DNA of 58,242 bases from Chromera velia. Its lineage: Eukaryota. Both the position numbers and the translations under genes were made by a program. The DNA is taken from NCBI GenBank assembly GCA_018398765.1, contig JAHBMJ010000071.1:1-58242 (forward strand), given 5' to 3'. This document shows, in pieces, positions 38,993 through 52,141 of this stretch. Each line of letters starts with the position of its first letter. The first letter of the stretch is position 1. The notes under the pieces were generated by a model. It saw only the letters and a list, made by a program, of their open reading frames with translations. It did no database searches and was not told where the DNA came from.

Positions 38993-40131
38993 AGGCTGGA
39001 AAGAAAGAAAGAAAGTCTTTCTCTCTGTTCATCTTTCCGTCTGTCTGTCTGCTTAGTCGTTCTGTCAAACTCACACACTGAGGAGAGGTTGTCGATGAAG
39101 AGCAAACCACGAAAGAGGAACACTGAGAAAAGGAGAAGGTGAAAGAAAAAAAGAGTGCACTTTTGTGCACACTGCTTGGCGTCGAACCCCAAGCCTTTTC
39201 GACCGACTCCCTTACCCTCTGGCAGATCAAGATATTACATTTACACCCCAAGATGCACCAACCTCCCCAGCCTTGCATGTCGGATTGCACCAAACCTCTT
39301 CAGTTCACAATTACCAAACGAGCCCCCTCTTCTCTGATCTCCGCCACTCGCTGTCAAGCAAGCACATGCAGGATCACACTTTTCCAAATTCACTCAACCG
39401 AAGCCCCTGCTTCAATAACTCCCCGGCTGCACACCTCTGCCATGCACCCTGATGCCACTCCAGATCGTCGATTTGCGAGAAGAGCGAAGGACGTAGGCAG
39501 AGAGAGGAGGAAAATCGCAGACGGCAAAAACCGATCAGACTGTCAACATTTCATGGACAATAATCTGTCTCGCGACATAGACACGCTCTTGCTTCAATAT
39601 GCAGGCAGCCTAAAAAAAATCCCAAAAAGGGACAATCTGCCTAATATGGTACAGATGCATGTAGACACACGCATCGAGACGACCACTGCCATGCGAGGTT
39701 GAAAACCCACTTCTAGGAATCGAGACGCGAACCAACCACTAAAAATACAGACACAGACGCAAATACGCACACCTGCAAAGGTAGAACCATGTGCAGCCAC
39801 CACATAAACATAAACACAGATGCATGACCACACGCTAACAGAGAGAATGGCACACCTTTCTCTGTCGTGCACGGAACTAAACGTTTGAGAGCAGCACAGG
39901 AGGGAGGGTGCTTTCCATCCATCCACATCCAAAAAGATTTGACAAGAGAGACAGGACAAGAAAGGCAATGTGGTGAGAGTCGCCCAAAATTCAACCGGAC
40001 GACCCACTGACCACCTGACTGGGAACAAAATATGACGGGGAAGGGATAAGAAAAACATCAGAGAGAGGTATTCTCCCTTCCATCCACCCGCATACGAAAA
40101 TCAAAGCTTCTTCACTCTTTCTCTTTCTCAC

Positions 40132-41731
40132 TTACTGTGAGAGCAGATCAACAACACAAATTCTTTTTTTCACGTCCTCACCATCAATCGCAAAGACATG
40201 TATGACTGGCTTGGCACCCTCATAATTTGTTCTTACATACAGATCCCCTCCTCCAATTTCCGGGGGCTGCATACTTCTCTCGCACGGCCTCTGGACCTTG
40301 GAGGGTGCCCGTTCAGCGGTTGAAAGCAGCACGAAACACAACACAGCAAGCAGTCTGTCACAACAGGAGAACAGAATAAGCTTGAAGTTCCCAATTACTC
40401 CTCAGACTCTAGGGCCCCACTTGAACGAGGACCTCCTGTTCTTCCCGAATCTTTCCCCGTCTCCCTTCCTGTCCCTTCTTCTGCCTCCCTGTCTCTTCCA
40501 CAGCCTGCCAACACCAACTGCTCCACCACGGTCACGCGTTTCTCGGCATCTACTGCTGCTTTCCCCCTCGAAAAGGGCCCAAAAAACGACAGTACAATAG
40601 GAACAAAGCACAGTGCATGGACAAGCGCGATAAAGAACAGAAGAACAAGCGTCACTGCCGCGGGGCCCAGCGCAGGGTGGGAGTATCGGAGAGTCGAGGG
40701 GGGCACTGCCGCGATAAAGGAAGAGACTCCAGCCACAAACACGGCACTGCCAACAGACCCCATTGTCTCGACAACCTTGTGTCTACGAGAACTCCCCTCT
40801 GCCTTATGAAAGAAAGCCGCGACGTGAGCGATGAAGTCAACAGAGAATCCGGCAGCCAATGTGATCACCTGACCAACCACCTGCAAGAAAGCGATCAAAG
40901 CATGATGAGGACTAAGACCATGCAGGAGAGCAGTAGAAACCTATTGATCTATACGACCCCCTCGCCTTCTCCTGTGAGACGAGGGCAAACAAACAAACCA
41001 ATGGCCAGTCACAGAGGGCCAGACGAACGAGTAGGAGAAAAGTTTGACACGCAGCATGTATCCCAGAGATCCCCGAGCATGTTTTGAAGGTCCGTCTGAC
41101 CCCCAGACCCACTGACCGTATCGAGTGACAGGCCCAACGCAGCGAGGGACCCCAAGAGGAGGGCGTACACGGAGGCCACACCGAAGACCCCGACGAGGCC
41201 CGTCAGGGGGGAGACGAAGAGGGCCACAGTCACAAACACCGACACGACAGCCACGATCACAGACCTGCATGCCAACAAGGTTGCGTGCAAAAGCGACATT
41301 CCATCGGTCATTGTGATGTATCCAAAAAAAGATCGATGGCCGCGCGGCCCGCTATGGTGCCACATGGCACAGAAAATGCGGAGAGGAAAATCATGTGCTG
41401 CCGAAAAGGATCGGATCGAAATCAGATTGAGCATGCAGGAAAGTGCATGAGAAACGCGCACGGAGAGAAAAGAAATAGATAGATCGAACGCCATCGATGC
41501 AAGACGAAATGTGGAGAGGCGGACAGATGTGCCTGTCTCGCCCACGTCGGTGCCGTTTGGGAAGCGCTGAGGAATCTTCTTGCACCACAAATGGATACAA
41601 CGAGATCCAAGCAAACAATGTACAAAAAGCCAAATCCATGGCCCACAATTTGATGCTCTCCAAGAGAGTGACCGAAGACTCCACGTGACCGTGGAAGGGA
41701 CCTCCCAACCTGCACACCGGTGGGCACGCAG

Positions 41732-41767
<36 letters not shown>

Positions 41768-44700
41768 ATGCACAAACAGAAATCAAGAAGCTAAACGGGA
41801 GGAGAACAGACACACCATAACCGCTGCGTTTTCTTCTACCACCACGCGTTCTCGAAGCTTTCCGCGTCCCTGCGGGATCGGGGGCAGAAGTTGGCACTCG
41901 AGAGCGATCTAACTGCAGATGCATAAGTAGTTGGAGGCCGAGGGGGGAGGCATCTACAGATGATTGCAAAAGAACTCCATCCTCTCTCTCTCTTTCTTTG
42001 TCTAGACCCCCGTCTGCCGACCGACCGTGCAATGAAGAATTTCGAGCTCGCTGTTTCTCGGACTCTTTCGAGCTCTCTGTGCCCGTCCATGAATCTGATC
42101 CACGAGTTCCTGTACAGGAGTGTGGAGCGGAAAACACGGAGAACCTTCTCGTCTTTCTCCTCTCCGTCGCTGGTCTCTCCTGAGAGCAGTAGCTCAAGGA
42201 CAAGAAGGGAGAGCGAGGTTCTGGGGAGGAGCAAGACGATGGGAGATAAATCGAAGGAGAGAGAGACAGGTCTGGACTGGGCAGCAGGGGAAGGCAAAGA
42301 GACACTTGCATACGCGTAAATACGTAACCAGAAAGAGACGTGACTGCTTCTTCCGTTCCTCCCATTTTGATTTTTGATTGTTTTTTCTGGGGCAGGTGCG
42401 CAGACACAGAGTCACCCACCAGGCCAATCTTACAGGAAGAAGGAGACAGGCAGCATGAGGAGAGAAATGAAACGAAAACCCTCTCGATCTTCAAAGATGC
42501 TTCATTCTCGATCGACAGAAACACCTGGACGGACGGACGCACGGACAGAACAGGACCTGGAGCCTTACCAGACAATGGTCCAGGACAGGACTCACTCACC
42601 TTCTGGAGGCCAAAAGATGAAATCTGCGGCGAATCGTCTGCCGATTGGTGAGCGTAGCCACTCAACGAGCTGTCGCCTGAGTTCCCTCACTTCTCTTTTT
42701 TTGTTTGGATCAGAGACCGAGCTCTTGCCCGAGACTTCTTCATCAGAGGAGAGCAAAACAGCGACTCGATTCAAAAAGAAACACATGGGAGAGACCTGAA
42801 GCATCACCCCTTCAAGGTCTCGGAGGCGTTCACACGACTCCACGAGCGCTGTACGAATTTCAGGCTGAAACCACTCAATGGAGTCTTTCGAGCCCCAGCC
42901 CGCACCTGAGCCCGCCTCATTTCTCATCTCCATAATTCCATGCGGACCGGCAACAAAATTCCAGGGAAAGCTGTTGCGATGAAGGCGAGAGAAGGTCTTT
43001 GCGTAGCTCTGTGAATCACCCAAAAAATCGACAGTGGTCCCCACATTGAATGTCGGCAGTAGAAGGGGGACCATCACGACCAGGGCACAGTACACACAGA
43101 GAACAGGGAAGACGAACAGAGGACTGATCAGAGCTCTGCCCCACCAGTCTCTGAAGAACACACGGAGCCAGCGTGCAGGCTGACGCGGCGGCTCTGCTAC
43201 AGCATCCCGAACAGCCGAGGCCATTTTTGTGCCGATGACTGAAAGTTCATTTTTGTCTCTGCCAGCCTCTGTGTCGCCTTTGCGAGCTCCTATTTCCTTT
43301 TCTGAACAGAGCACCACCGAGCTTTGCACTGTGCGGGTACCGCAGCACAGGAAGGAAAGGAACGAGAGAGACCCCCATCTGGTGGGATGAAGGAATGCCG
43401 CTGCCTCAAGAGAGAGGGTGGCGGCTTGAGCAGACTCGATTTCCGTCTCTTTGAAGGGCGTGCAGGGGGGGAGGACTCGGGCATCACATGAGGGGGGGAC
43501 TTCTTCTGGCAACGCTCTTTCACTTTTGGTCTCCTTCTCCCCCCCTTGGGGTTTCCCTCCATCTCCGTCTCCCCTTTCACGTCCCTTTTCCTCATGACTG
43601 AAATCTCTGAGGGTTCGGGTAGAGGTTTCAGGACGGCTTTCAACTTCAGTCGCTTTTCCGTTACCCCCATCCGTCTCACCGTGAATCTGTGAAGACGACG
43701 AGGAAGAGGGATGAGCTTCTAGATGGGTGTGTGTGTCTGCTATCACGAACGAAGAGGAAACCTCGGGCAGAGATAGGCCCGAGACTTCGGTGTTCACTGG
43801 GACTGTCGTATTTTGTCTCTTCTTCTGCCTTTCCCAGTCGCCCTTGCCCTTCTCCTTGTTGCTGTTGGTGTTGCTGTTGGCAAGAAAGGCAGCGGGCATC
43901 GGGCGAAAGGGATTGGCTGAGAGCAGACGGCAGAAGGTCCGGACATAACCCCTTTCTCCGAAGGCCTCCCGACGGCAGTCAAGGCCCAGGGCAGCCACGA
44001 AGACAGTGGCAGCGCAAACGTACCCCTGCACATGGAGAAAAGAATCGTCGTGTCTATTCTCAAAACAAAACAAAAGACGCCTGGAGAGGCGAAGGTGACG
44101 GGGAGCGCTGAGTGAAGGGATCTGAGAAGAGAGAAAGGGAGGATGACCCTGAGAAGGTTAAAAGAGAGATGCACGAAGAGAGGAGAGGATAAGACGAACG
44201 CAGACGCAGGAAGAGGACACCAAGAAAAAAAGAAACCACGACAACAAACAGAACAGCAAAGCAGGTCAGAGCAGAAAAAGAAAAGGCAGAACAAAAAAAG
44301 AACAGCGCGGAGTGGAACAGAACATGATACAGAATACAGCACAGCACAAGAGAACAGAACAGAACACAGTAGAACAGCGAAGGGCACAAAGAGGAGAGAG
44401 GGACAAAAGCATGGTGGGTCACCCAAGAGAAACAAGCAACACGGAAAAGGACAGGGAGCCGAGGGGGGACATCCAAGAAAGAAAAGGGGCTCTTTCGGAG
44501 CACTCGAGGCAAACAGCCGCGAAGCATTTCTGCAGTCAGTCAAGGCATTTCAATCCGCGACGAATTAACTCCTCAAGACCATGCACGCAAAAAACCGACC
44601 GACGCACAATAGCAAGACTTGCGATCATGTTCATGGCAAACCAGCGGATCGCATCATATGGACTCGAGATGGAGATGGCAAAGCAGATGATCGTAGTCAC

Positions 44701-46698
44701 AGTTGTGAGGGTGATCACCAGGCCAGACTCTCCGACTGCCCCCTGCAGTCGTCTCTTCGCACTCTCCCCCCTCTCTTCTGGTGTTATCATACGCCCCCCG
44801 CTCTGTCTGATGACTACCCTTGTCAAGTATGCATTCAGAATGATGAAACAGTCATCAACACCTATCCCGAGAACCAAGAAAGGCACCAAGTCACCTCCTC
44901 CTGCCCAAGGGACTCCTGCAAAATTCGCTAAGCCTGTGCCTGCGAACCAGCCAAGGCCGGCAGCGAGGACTCCGAAGAGACCACTGAATACCTTCGAGGC
45001 CGGGAGGTCAGTTGAGAAGGTTAACAGCCCCACAAAAGCCGTTACGGCAGCAGCTGAGAGGACGATGATGTACACAGGCACCGCTGTTGCTTTCGGCCCT
45101 TCTATGTCTGTCGAGATCGACGCGAACGGGGCCGCCTCTCCCCTTCCACCCGTCCGTGTCTTCCACTCATCAGACCACAAAAAGCATCTGCGGAGGAACT
45201 CTCTTTCCCATTCATCGCACGCGCGTTTGAGAAAGGAAGGAGTGAACCGACGGCCGAGACGCCCTCTCTCTGAGAGGGCAGAGGGATTGACCACCTCTCT
45301 GGGCTTCTGGAGCTCATCAAGAGTCCAAGAGAAGGACACTGCCGTTGCAGACTCCAAAATTTGTCCATCTCTTCTCCGAGTTTCACTTCCCGTCTCTCCG
45401 TCTCCAGCCCTGCCGAGGACGGGTTGCAGCTGCACTTCCCCCCCAACTGCCAGGGTCACGGAAGGGAACACATCCAGAAGGAGACCGTCTCTGGAGAATT
45501 TGAAGTGGGTAGGGTACAGGATTGAGGGGGTTCCAAAGCTCCTGCACGCAGCACGCAGCAAAGGAAATCTTACTCTATGGGACGAGACGATGGTTGGTTG
45601 ATCAGGAGTATCTCCGCTCTTCCTCATCATGCATCCAGATTTTCTTTGTTAATTCCAGTCAGAAGAGAAAAGCGAGAAGCTCTCAATTCAGGGGAGGGGG
45701 ACAGGCACTGCAGGCCATAGAAATAGTTGTAAATACGTGGGGCAATGCCCCGTGAAGGGGCCACGACAAAAGACACCGCTTTCCATACGCGAACGCAGAA
45801 CGGGAAAAGACACGTATGCACTCGCATTCATACGCTTGCGCATGCAACGACACACAGCGACCCACTCTGCATTTGTGTACATATCGACGACTGAAACGAC
45901 TGAGCAAGTTCCGTCTCCTCTCTTGTCGCAGAGATCCTCGAAGGAGAAGGATATCTCTCGTTTTATTTCGCTTTCACCGTCTCCCTTGCCTCCCTGTCCC
46001 TGTCCGTCTTTCTCTACCAAGTCCTGCTCTGTAAACGCCACAGTCACGTTGAAACTCCGAATGTCGGCATCTATTTTGGAGAGAAATTGCAGGTTTTCTT
46101 TGTTCAGTAGGTTTGTCCCGTCGGACTGAAGGATAAAACCGTTCTGTCTCCACTCCATCCCAAACATATCTCTTATTGAGCCCACAGTTTGCCAGCCTTC
46201 AACCTTTTGGTCAGACCACGCACGATCCCAGTCGAAGTCATAGTTTCGGAAAAAAAGTCCAGCGCTTAATGCGCCAAACACAACACAAGGTAAGAGAATT
46301 GTCTGCACGGATGAGAAACAAAAAAGGAGACGACAGTGAACACACGAATGGCTGTATGAGTGCCTGGAAAAGGTGAGGGCCAAACGAGCACAAAAGCTTA
46401 CCAGAAGTGGAAAATCGAAGGCCGCACCCGCCATCCAAGAAAAGAAATGAGTGAACTGTCTCTCTATCCCGCTGTACCACGCGGTATTCCCCGTCAAGAA
46501 ATGCCAAAAGCCGTCTCCGTTACACCGTTTTTTTCCTATTGTATCGGGCGAAGTTCTTGGACATTGTGAAATCATCATTGACAGGAGCAAAACCCCTTGG
46601 ACAGAAGATCTCTCGTGTGTCAACCAGGCACGACTAAAATTGAAATCTCGCCAGCTCCTGGCACGATCGGAACAGAGCCGATCATTGACACTCATCAT
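40132..46698 (-). CDS. Patched/NPC1-family (RND, sterol-sensing domain) multi-pass membrane protein, multi-exon
   Basis: SSD motif VPFLVLGIGVDD and second-half motif GFSVDFIAH...GSAV...HAL..VPIVLS. Inferred exons 46698-46402, 46302-45866, 45541-44608 and 44025-42600 join in phase at GT-AG introns. Downstream exons (~42180, ~41700, ~41265-41115, ~40880-40400) are less certain. Stop at 40395 or in a last exon ending 40132. Confidence 0.9.
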
Positions 46699-46806
46699 GA
46701 CTCATGCAGTATGAGGCACTCTGAGCATTCTCTCTTGGAAATATCTCTCTGACGGTTCGGGGTCTTGGAAATGATCTGACCCGCTATGCCGTGGCCCCCG
46801 GCCATG

Positions 46807-47120
46807 GTATCTGTTAAGGCCCTTCGCCGGACCTATGGAAAAAAAAAATCGAATTACCAATAAATCGGGTTACAATTGCCTTTCGGGACCCGCGCTTTCC
46901 GGCAACTGCATGCATGTCGGCCCACCCGCATCTCCCCAGCGCGCCCTCAAGCGCGCAATCCGCGCGCCGCGGCGTTCCGTCCGCGGCGCGTTCAATCTTA
47001 TAGTATCTGTTAAGGCCCTTATATAGCCGCACCTACATATAGAAAAAAAAAGTCGAATTACCAATAAATCGATCGGGTTACATTTGCCTTTCGGGACCTG
47101 CGTTTTCCGGTAACTGTACA
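46807..47120. repeat. ~105-bp direct repeat (46807-46910, 47003-47120) flanking a CG-rich core upstream of the Patched-family gene
   Basis: GTATCTGTTAAGGCCCTT...TCGAATTACCAATAAATCG...TTGCCTTTCGGGACC occurs twice. Confidence 0.85.
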
Positions 47121-47619
47121 GCGTGTGTATGCATGGCGAATATACATCTTTTGTCTAACTTTGATGTATCGGTACATATGTAAAAACACATATGGAGGGG
47201 AATTGTACATAGATTCAATCATCTGTGTAGTTTTCAAGAAAGGCGATAAAGCACACCATCTAAATGAAGCTGTTCTGAATTGCTCCATTGTTTGACTATG
47301 CTACCAAGCTCAGTGGCAAGTTAAGACATGTTGCCTTACAGAGTCAGGAGTAAGCCGCACCACGACTAAGTGCGCTTCACAAAGAGGAAAAACAGTTAAT
47401 TTGATCTGCAAGAACCTCTTTTTACCCGTTTTCTTTCTCTCTACTTGGCCCCTCTTGTCATTCTTCAGCACCTGGTTTTTCGACTTCCTTTTACCTCCAC
47501 TTGAGGATTTGGGACGCAAAATACTGTCTATATATAGTGTGTGTCGCTGTGAATACTGTAGTATTCGCTTTAAAATATTGTGGAGAGGCTCATTACGTAT
47601 AGGTCCAGCGTTTGGTGAG

Positions 47620-49059
47620 TTCAAGAGGGAGAGATGTGAACAGAAGCCGTTTGGGCCTGTGGATAAAGTTAGGTAAGCAAGTATGACACTGTGAACAGAA
47701 GCCGTTTGGGCATGTGGGTGAATGTTTAAGCGTGCGTGTGCATGGAGCAAGAGGGGTCTGGAAAAGAAGTGTGTGCAGTAACAGAATCCGCTTAGGCCTG
47801 CAGGTGGATGAATGAAGAGAGACGGAGAGAGCGAGTATGTTTATGAGTATGTATGAGTTTGTGAACAGAAGCCGTTTGGGCGTGCGGGCGAGACAAGGAG
47901 AACGAGTGTGTGAACAGAAGCCGCTTGGACCCGTGGATAAATGAAGAGAGATCAATTGTATGTCATTGAAGAAAAGCCGCTTGGGCCGCTGGTTAGGCCT
48001 GTGGATGAATAAAGAGAGATCAAGTGTGTGAACAGAAATATACAGAAGCCGCTTGGGCCTATGGATGAGTGAAGAGAGACAGGGAGAACGAGTGTATGAA
48101 CAGAAGCTGTTTGGGCATGTGGGTGAATCATCATGAAGGGAGACAAGAAGATACAAGGAGAGCAAATGTGTAAACAGAAGCCACTTAGGTATGTGGGTGA
48201 ATGAAGGGAGACAAGGAGATATAAGGAGAGCGAGTGTGTAAACAGAAGCCGCTTGGGCGTGTGGGTGAATGAAGGGAGATAAGGAGATACAAGGAGAGTG
48301 AGTATGTGAATAGAAGCCGGTTGGACGTGCAAGCGAAGAAAGAGAAATAAGGAGAACGAATGTGTGAACAGAAGCTAGGAACAGGAGCCGTTTGGGCCTA
48401 TGGATGAATGAAGAGGGATCAATTGTGTGTCATTGAACAAAAGCTGCTCGGGCCTATGGCTAGGCTTGTGGATGAATGAAGAGATATCAAGTGCGTGAAC
48501 AAAAGCCGCTTGGGCCTGCTGATGAATTAAGAAAGACAGGGAGAGTGAGTGTGTAAACAGAAGCCGTTTAGGTGTGTGGGTGAATGAAAAGAGACAAGGA
48601 GATACAAGGAGAGCGAGTGTGTGAACAGAAGCCGCTTGGGTCTCATGCAGTGAATCAATGAAGAATAATGAAGAGAGACATGGAGAGTGAGTGTGTAAAC
48701 AGAAGCCGTTTGGGGCGTTACGACGGTATGGGTGCATGAACACAGATAGGGAAAGCGAGTGTGTGAACCGGTATAAACAGGTTAGGTGAACAGGAGCCGG
48801 TTGGCTGTGTGGGTGAATGAAGAGGGACAAGGACTCGCATAAGCATGTCAGCAGAAGATATTTGGATGGGCGTGTGGGTACCTGAATGAATAGAGATAGC
48901 CTGTTACTAAGAGAGAATAAGACTCAGTGTGTAAACAGAATTTCAAGCCTAGACTTCAAGCCGCTAGGGCCTGTAGATAAATAGAAATAAATGAAGAGAG
49001 ACAGAGAGAGTAAGTGTATAAATAAAAGCCGTTTGGGTGTGTGGATGTGAGAGTGTTAA
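47620..49059. repeat. Degenerate minisatellite, ~50-65-bp unit; resumes at 50052-50110
   Basis: More than 20 recurrences of GTGAACAGAAGCCG(T/C)TTGGGC.TGTGG.TGAATGAAGAGAGA-like units. Confidence 0.9.
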
Positions 49060-49067
49060 TGGAAGCC

Positions 49068-50051
49068 CATGATGCTGTCTAAACATACCTGGGGCGCCTA
49101 AGGTACCCCAGACACGCCGCAGGCGGCCCGCCAGGGCCGCCTGGGGCGACCCCAGGTGGTTTTGCCTAAGTTTATATAGAGCTGCCTGGGGCGAAGCCCC
49201 AGGCAGTTGTTGAGAGTTGCCTGGGGCGAAGGTCGGTATATATATGCATCTATACGTGTATGTCGCGATCTATACGTGCATGCCGCGCATCAAAGGTCTG
49301 ACCGGGTCATGTAGACCGGCAGCAACTTTTTGTTCGGCGGTCACGATCAGCGATAGATACCAGTGGATACACATTAAGTTGACGGTTGCTTTCAACTTTT
49401 ATCTCTTCTTACTCTTGTCACCGGAGATGCATATCATTGTACATCATTGTACATCTATTGATTAACTCACTGATTGATTCCACACTTAACCTTCCCACTT
49501 AGTGACTGTACTAATTGATAATTCCCCACTTGGCCTTCCTGCTTGCTGACTGCACTGATTGATAATTCCGTACTCGGCTTTCCCGCTTGCTGCCTACCCA
49601 GCTAACTGCAATGCAGCAGAGTAGGTTGCAAGCCTTCAGATTTACAGACAAACAAAAAGTGACACATACAACTTTGCATTGTTTATAAACTTGTCGCAAA
49701 GTGGAAATTTAGTCTGAAAAATTATTCAAAAAATTTGATTTAATAATTCTTTTCTATAAAATAATATCTAGAATTATATAAAAATTTTGATTTAGTGATT
49801 CAATTTGAAGCATTGTAAATGAATTTTTAAAGTTGTGTTCAGATATTAAATCCTAGAATAAAGGCATTTTTAAACTTTTTTCAACGTTTTTCATACTATA
49901 GAGAGAATGCAGAAAGACCCCCTGACTGCCTGGGGTGCCGCAGGCGGTCCATAAGGACCGCCTGGAGAAGGTTATACATAAGACCCCAGGCGGCCTGTCA
50001 GGGCCGTCTGGGATCAGCGCAGGCAGTCATTCTAAAAGTTTAGACAGCATG
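49068..50051. mobile_element. Non-autonomous hAT-like element, 984 bp
   Basis: Perfect 8-bp TSD TGGAAGCC (49060-49067, 50052-50059). TIRs CATG(ATG)CTGTCTAAAC...GTTTAGACAGCATG. Subterminal CCTGGGG/CCCCAGG repeats at both ends. Confidence 0.88.
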
Positions 50052-50301
50052 TGGAAGCCGTTAACTTTGGGCATATGGGTGAGTGATCGAAGAGAGACAG
50101 GGAAAATGAGGGAGTAAGTGAGTGAGCAAGTGAGACAGTGAGTGAGTGAATTAGTGAGGAAAGCAAGAATGACTCAGTAAGTCAGTGACTAAGTATGTTG
50201 GTGAGTGAGTAAGTGAGCACAATCAACTACAGTAACTAATACAGCAAGCGTAGTAAGTGTGTAGTTTAGAACTTGTATAACGTTGTGTTCAAACATTTTA
50301 T

Positions 50302-50517
50302 GATGATGATGATGATATATGGGGTTAAAGCCGGTGAGCCGTATAGACTCTGGCCAACCTAGAGTGTCATACATAGAGTTAAACTTTCGACTTAGGCCCC
50401 ACTGGGGTAAATTGAATCGATGGGAGCCTGACAGGGGTGGGGAAGTGGATGAAAGTGGAGGGTGGTTCCACTTCAGAGTCTAAGCAAACAGGCTTTTGCT
50501 TCATCTGGTAGTTTGGG
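50302..50517 (-). mobile_element. Short retroposed insertion (LINE 3' end or SINE) with (CAT)n tail
   Basis: ~31-bp flanking direct repeat ACTTRTATARCGTTRTGTTCAAACATTTTAT (50271-50301, 50518-50548). (GAT)5 at the left end. Confidence 0.8.
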
Positions 50518-50950
50518 ACTTATATAGCGTTATGTTCAAACATTTTATAGACTAGCTCACAGGCTCAGTCACAGCTTGATGATTTAAAAGAGCAAGTTGA
50601 TAACAGAAGGCGTATATAATATTTGGCTACTACATATACTGCTATACTACTACTAGAATGGCCAAAATATAAATGAAAGTAAATGAAAGAAACATTACAG
50701 CATGTGTGTCTGTATATAAAAAACCTATATATTGACTCCGTAAATAAAAAATAAAAATGTAAGTAGATGTAAGCAGGGAGCACTGTGATTTTTTTTTTAT
50801 AACCAAAAATAAGTTGTTAAAGATTTATCAGTAATGTATTGCTGCGGTTACAATTTCATTTTCTCTTTCACGTTTGACCTCCCTGAACGTAACTACCACT
50901 TAATAGTTGAGGCCGCATTTTTGGATAATGCAATGCGGCGGCGGGTCATA

Positions 50951-52141
50951 CAGATGTGCATGAACTAATTAGAACCCGCCGCTAGACCTTAACTGGCTCA
51001 AAAATTTTGAGGGGAAAAGGAACAGCTCTCTGTTCCCTTTTCCCTTCTGGACTCAAACCAACGACCCTAGGAGATGTCAGTTCGCCTCTCTAGACTCTCT
51101 CTAGCTGCTTGGTGTAGAAAAAACGACTCCCAGACTCACAGGGAGTCCAAAGAACGAACGTCTGAGGTCTGACACCTGAAGAGGCCAAAGTAGCCTTCCT
51201 GGACTCAGAAGTTCAGAAAGGGCTGTGGTATATCAATGATGATAAAATACATACCAACACGCTCCATCTGGTCCAGGTAAGTTAGTTCCAACAGGGGATA
51301 AGGAATGGTTGATGCAGCACTGTGGACTTCAACTGACAAGTCTGCTCATGAATAAAAAGATACACTCCAGATAGCACCCTATATCAAATTGCTAGAAGGG
51401 CTTTTTCCTTCTTGAGCACTTCAAACCTGCAGCCATCGTATAAACGTACTGCCCAACACTCATATGCTCCTGTCTTGAGGGAAAGAGCAGGACAGAACCA
51501 CTTACTGGGGGAGTTGGAGGTCGTCGATTAATACCCCTGAGACGCCAATTCTCCACAACAGGAAGACAAAACAATCTCGCCTTCCCACAACCAGTAGACT
51601 CACCAGAAACCTATCCCGCTGGCCTGGGAGGATGACAACAGACATAGGGCATTAGGTAAAATTGTTGGGGATCGATTCTGCGGCCTCTTGGTAGAAAGAA
51701 GGAATGTTGCTTTGGAGGCCTTGGAGGTACTTTCCTGACTGGTCTAGTCTGAGACTGGAGCTGCCAGACACGCCAAAGCAGATCAACTGCATCACAAGAC
51801 TTCATCCCGACACAGAGGCAAGCTGTCTAGTACTAGGGGAGTGGAATTGTGCCAGTTTGACCATCAGTACTGCTCTACACAACAAGGTAGACAGGAAGGG
51901 ACGAGAGGATGAAATGACCCTTCTCTGTATGTTGGTGTGCTTTTTGAGCATTCTAAGCACAATTTTGGGATTTTGAGAGTGGCCCCGTAAAGTTTTGGCC
52001 CAAATTCTTGCACTAACGTACTTAGCGGCCTCTGGGGACTAATTTGGTGCCTTTCTGGGCCCTGGGCGCCGCTGGAATCGCGCGGACCGGCTTAACCGGC
52101 TCAAAAATTTCAGACCCTTCTAATTAGTCCATGCACATCTG
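50951..52141. mobile_element. Non-autonomous Tc1/mariner-like element, 1191 bp
   Basis: 24-bp TIRs CAGATGTGCATGRACTAATTAGAA with TA on both sides. Internal direct repeat CTTAACYGGCTCAAAAATTT near each end. Confidence 0.88.

Noticed and set aside
44312..45601. 429-aa plus-strand ORF (and the 258-aa minus ORF at 53754-54530)
   Set aside because: Antisense shadows of the Patched and ankyrin exons.
47620..49059. CRISPR-like repeat-spacer appearance
   Set aside because: The repeats are degenerate, the spacers resemble each other, the context is eukaryotic and there are no cas genes. It is a minisatellite.
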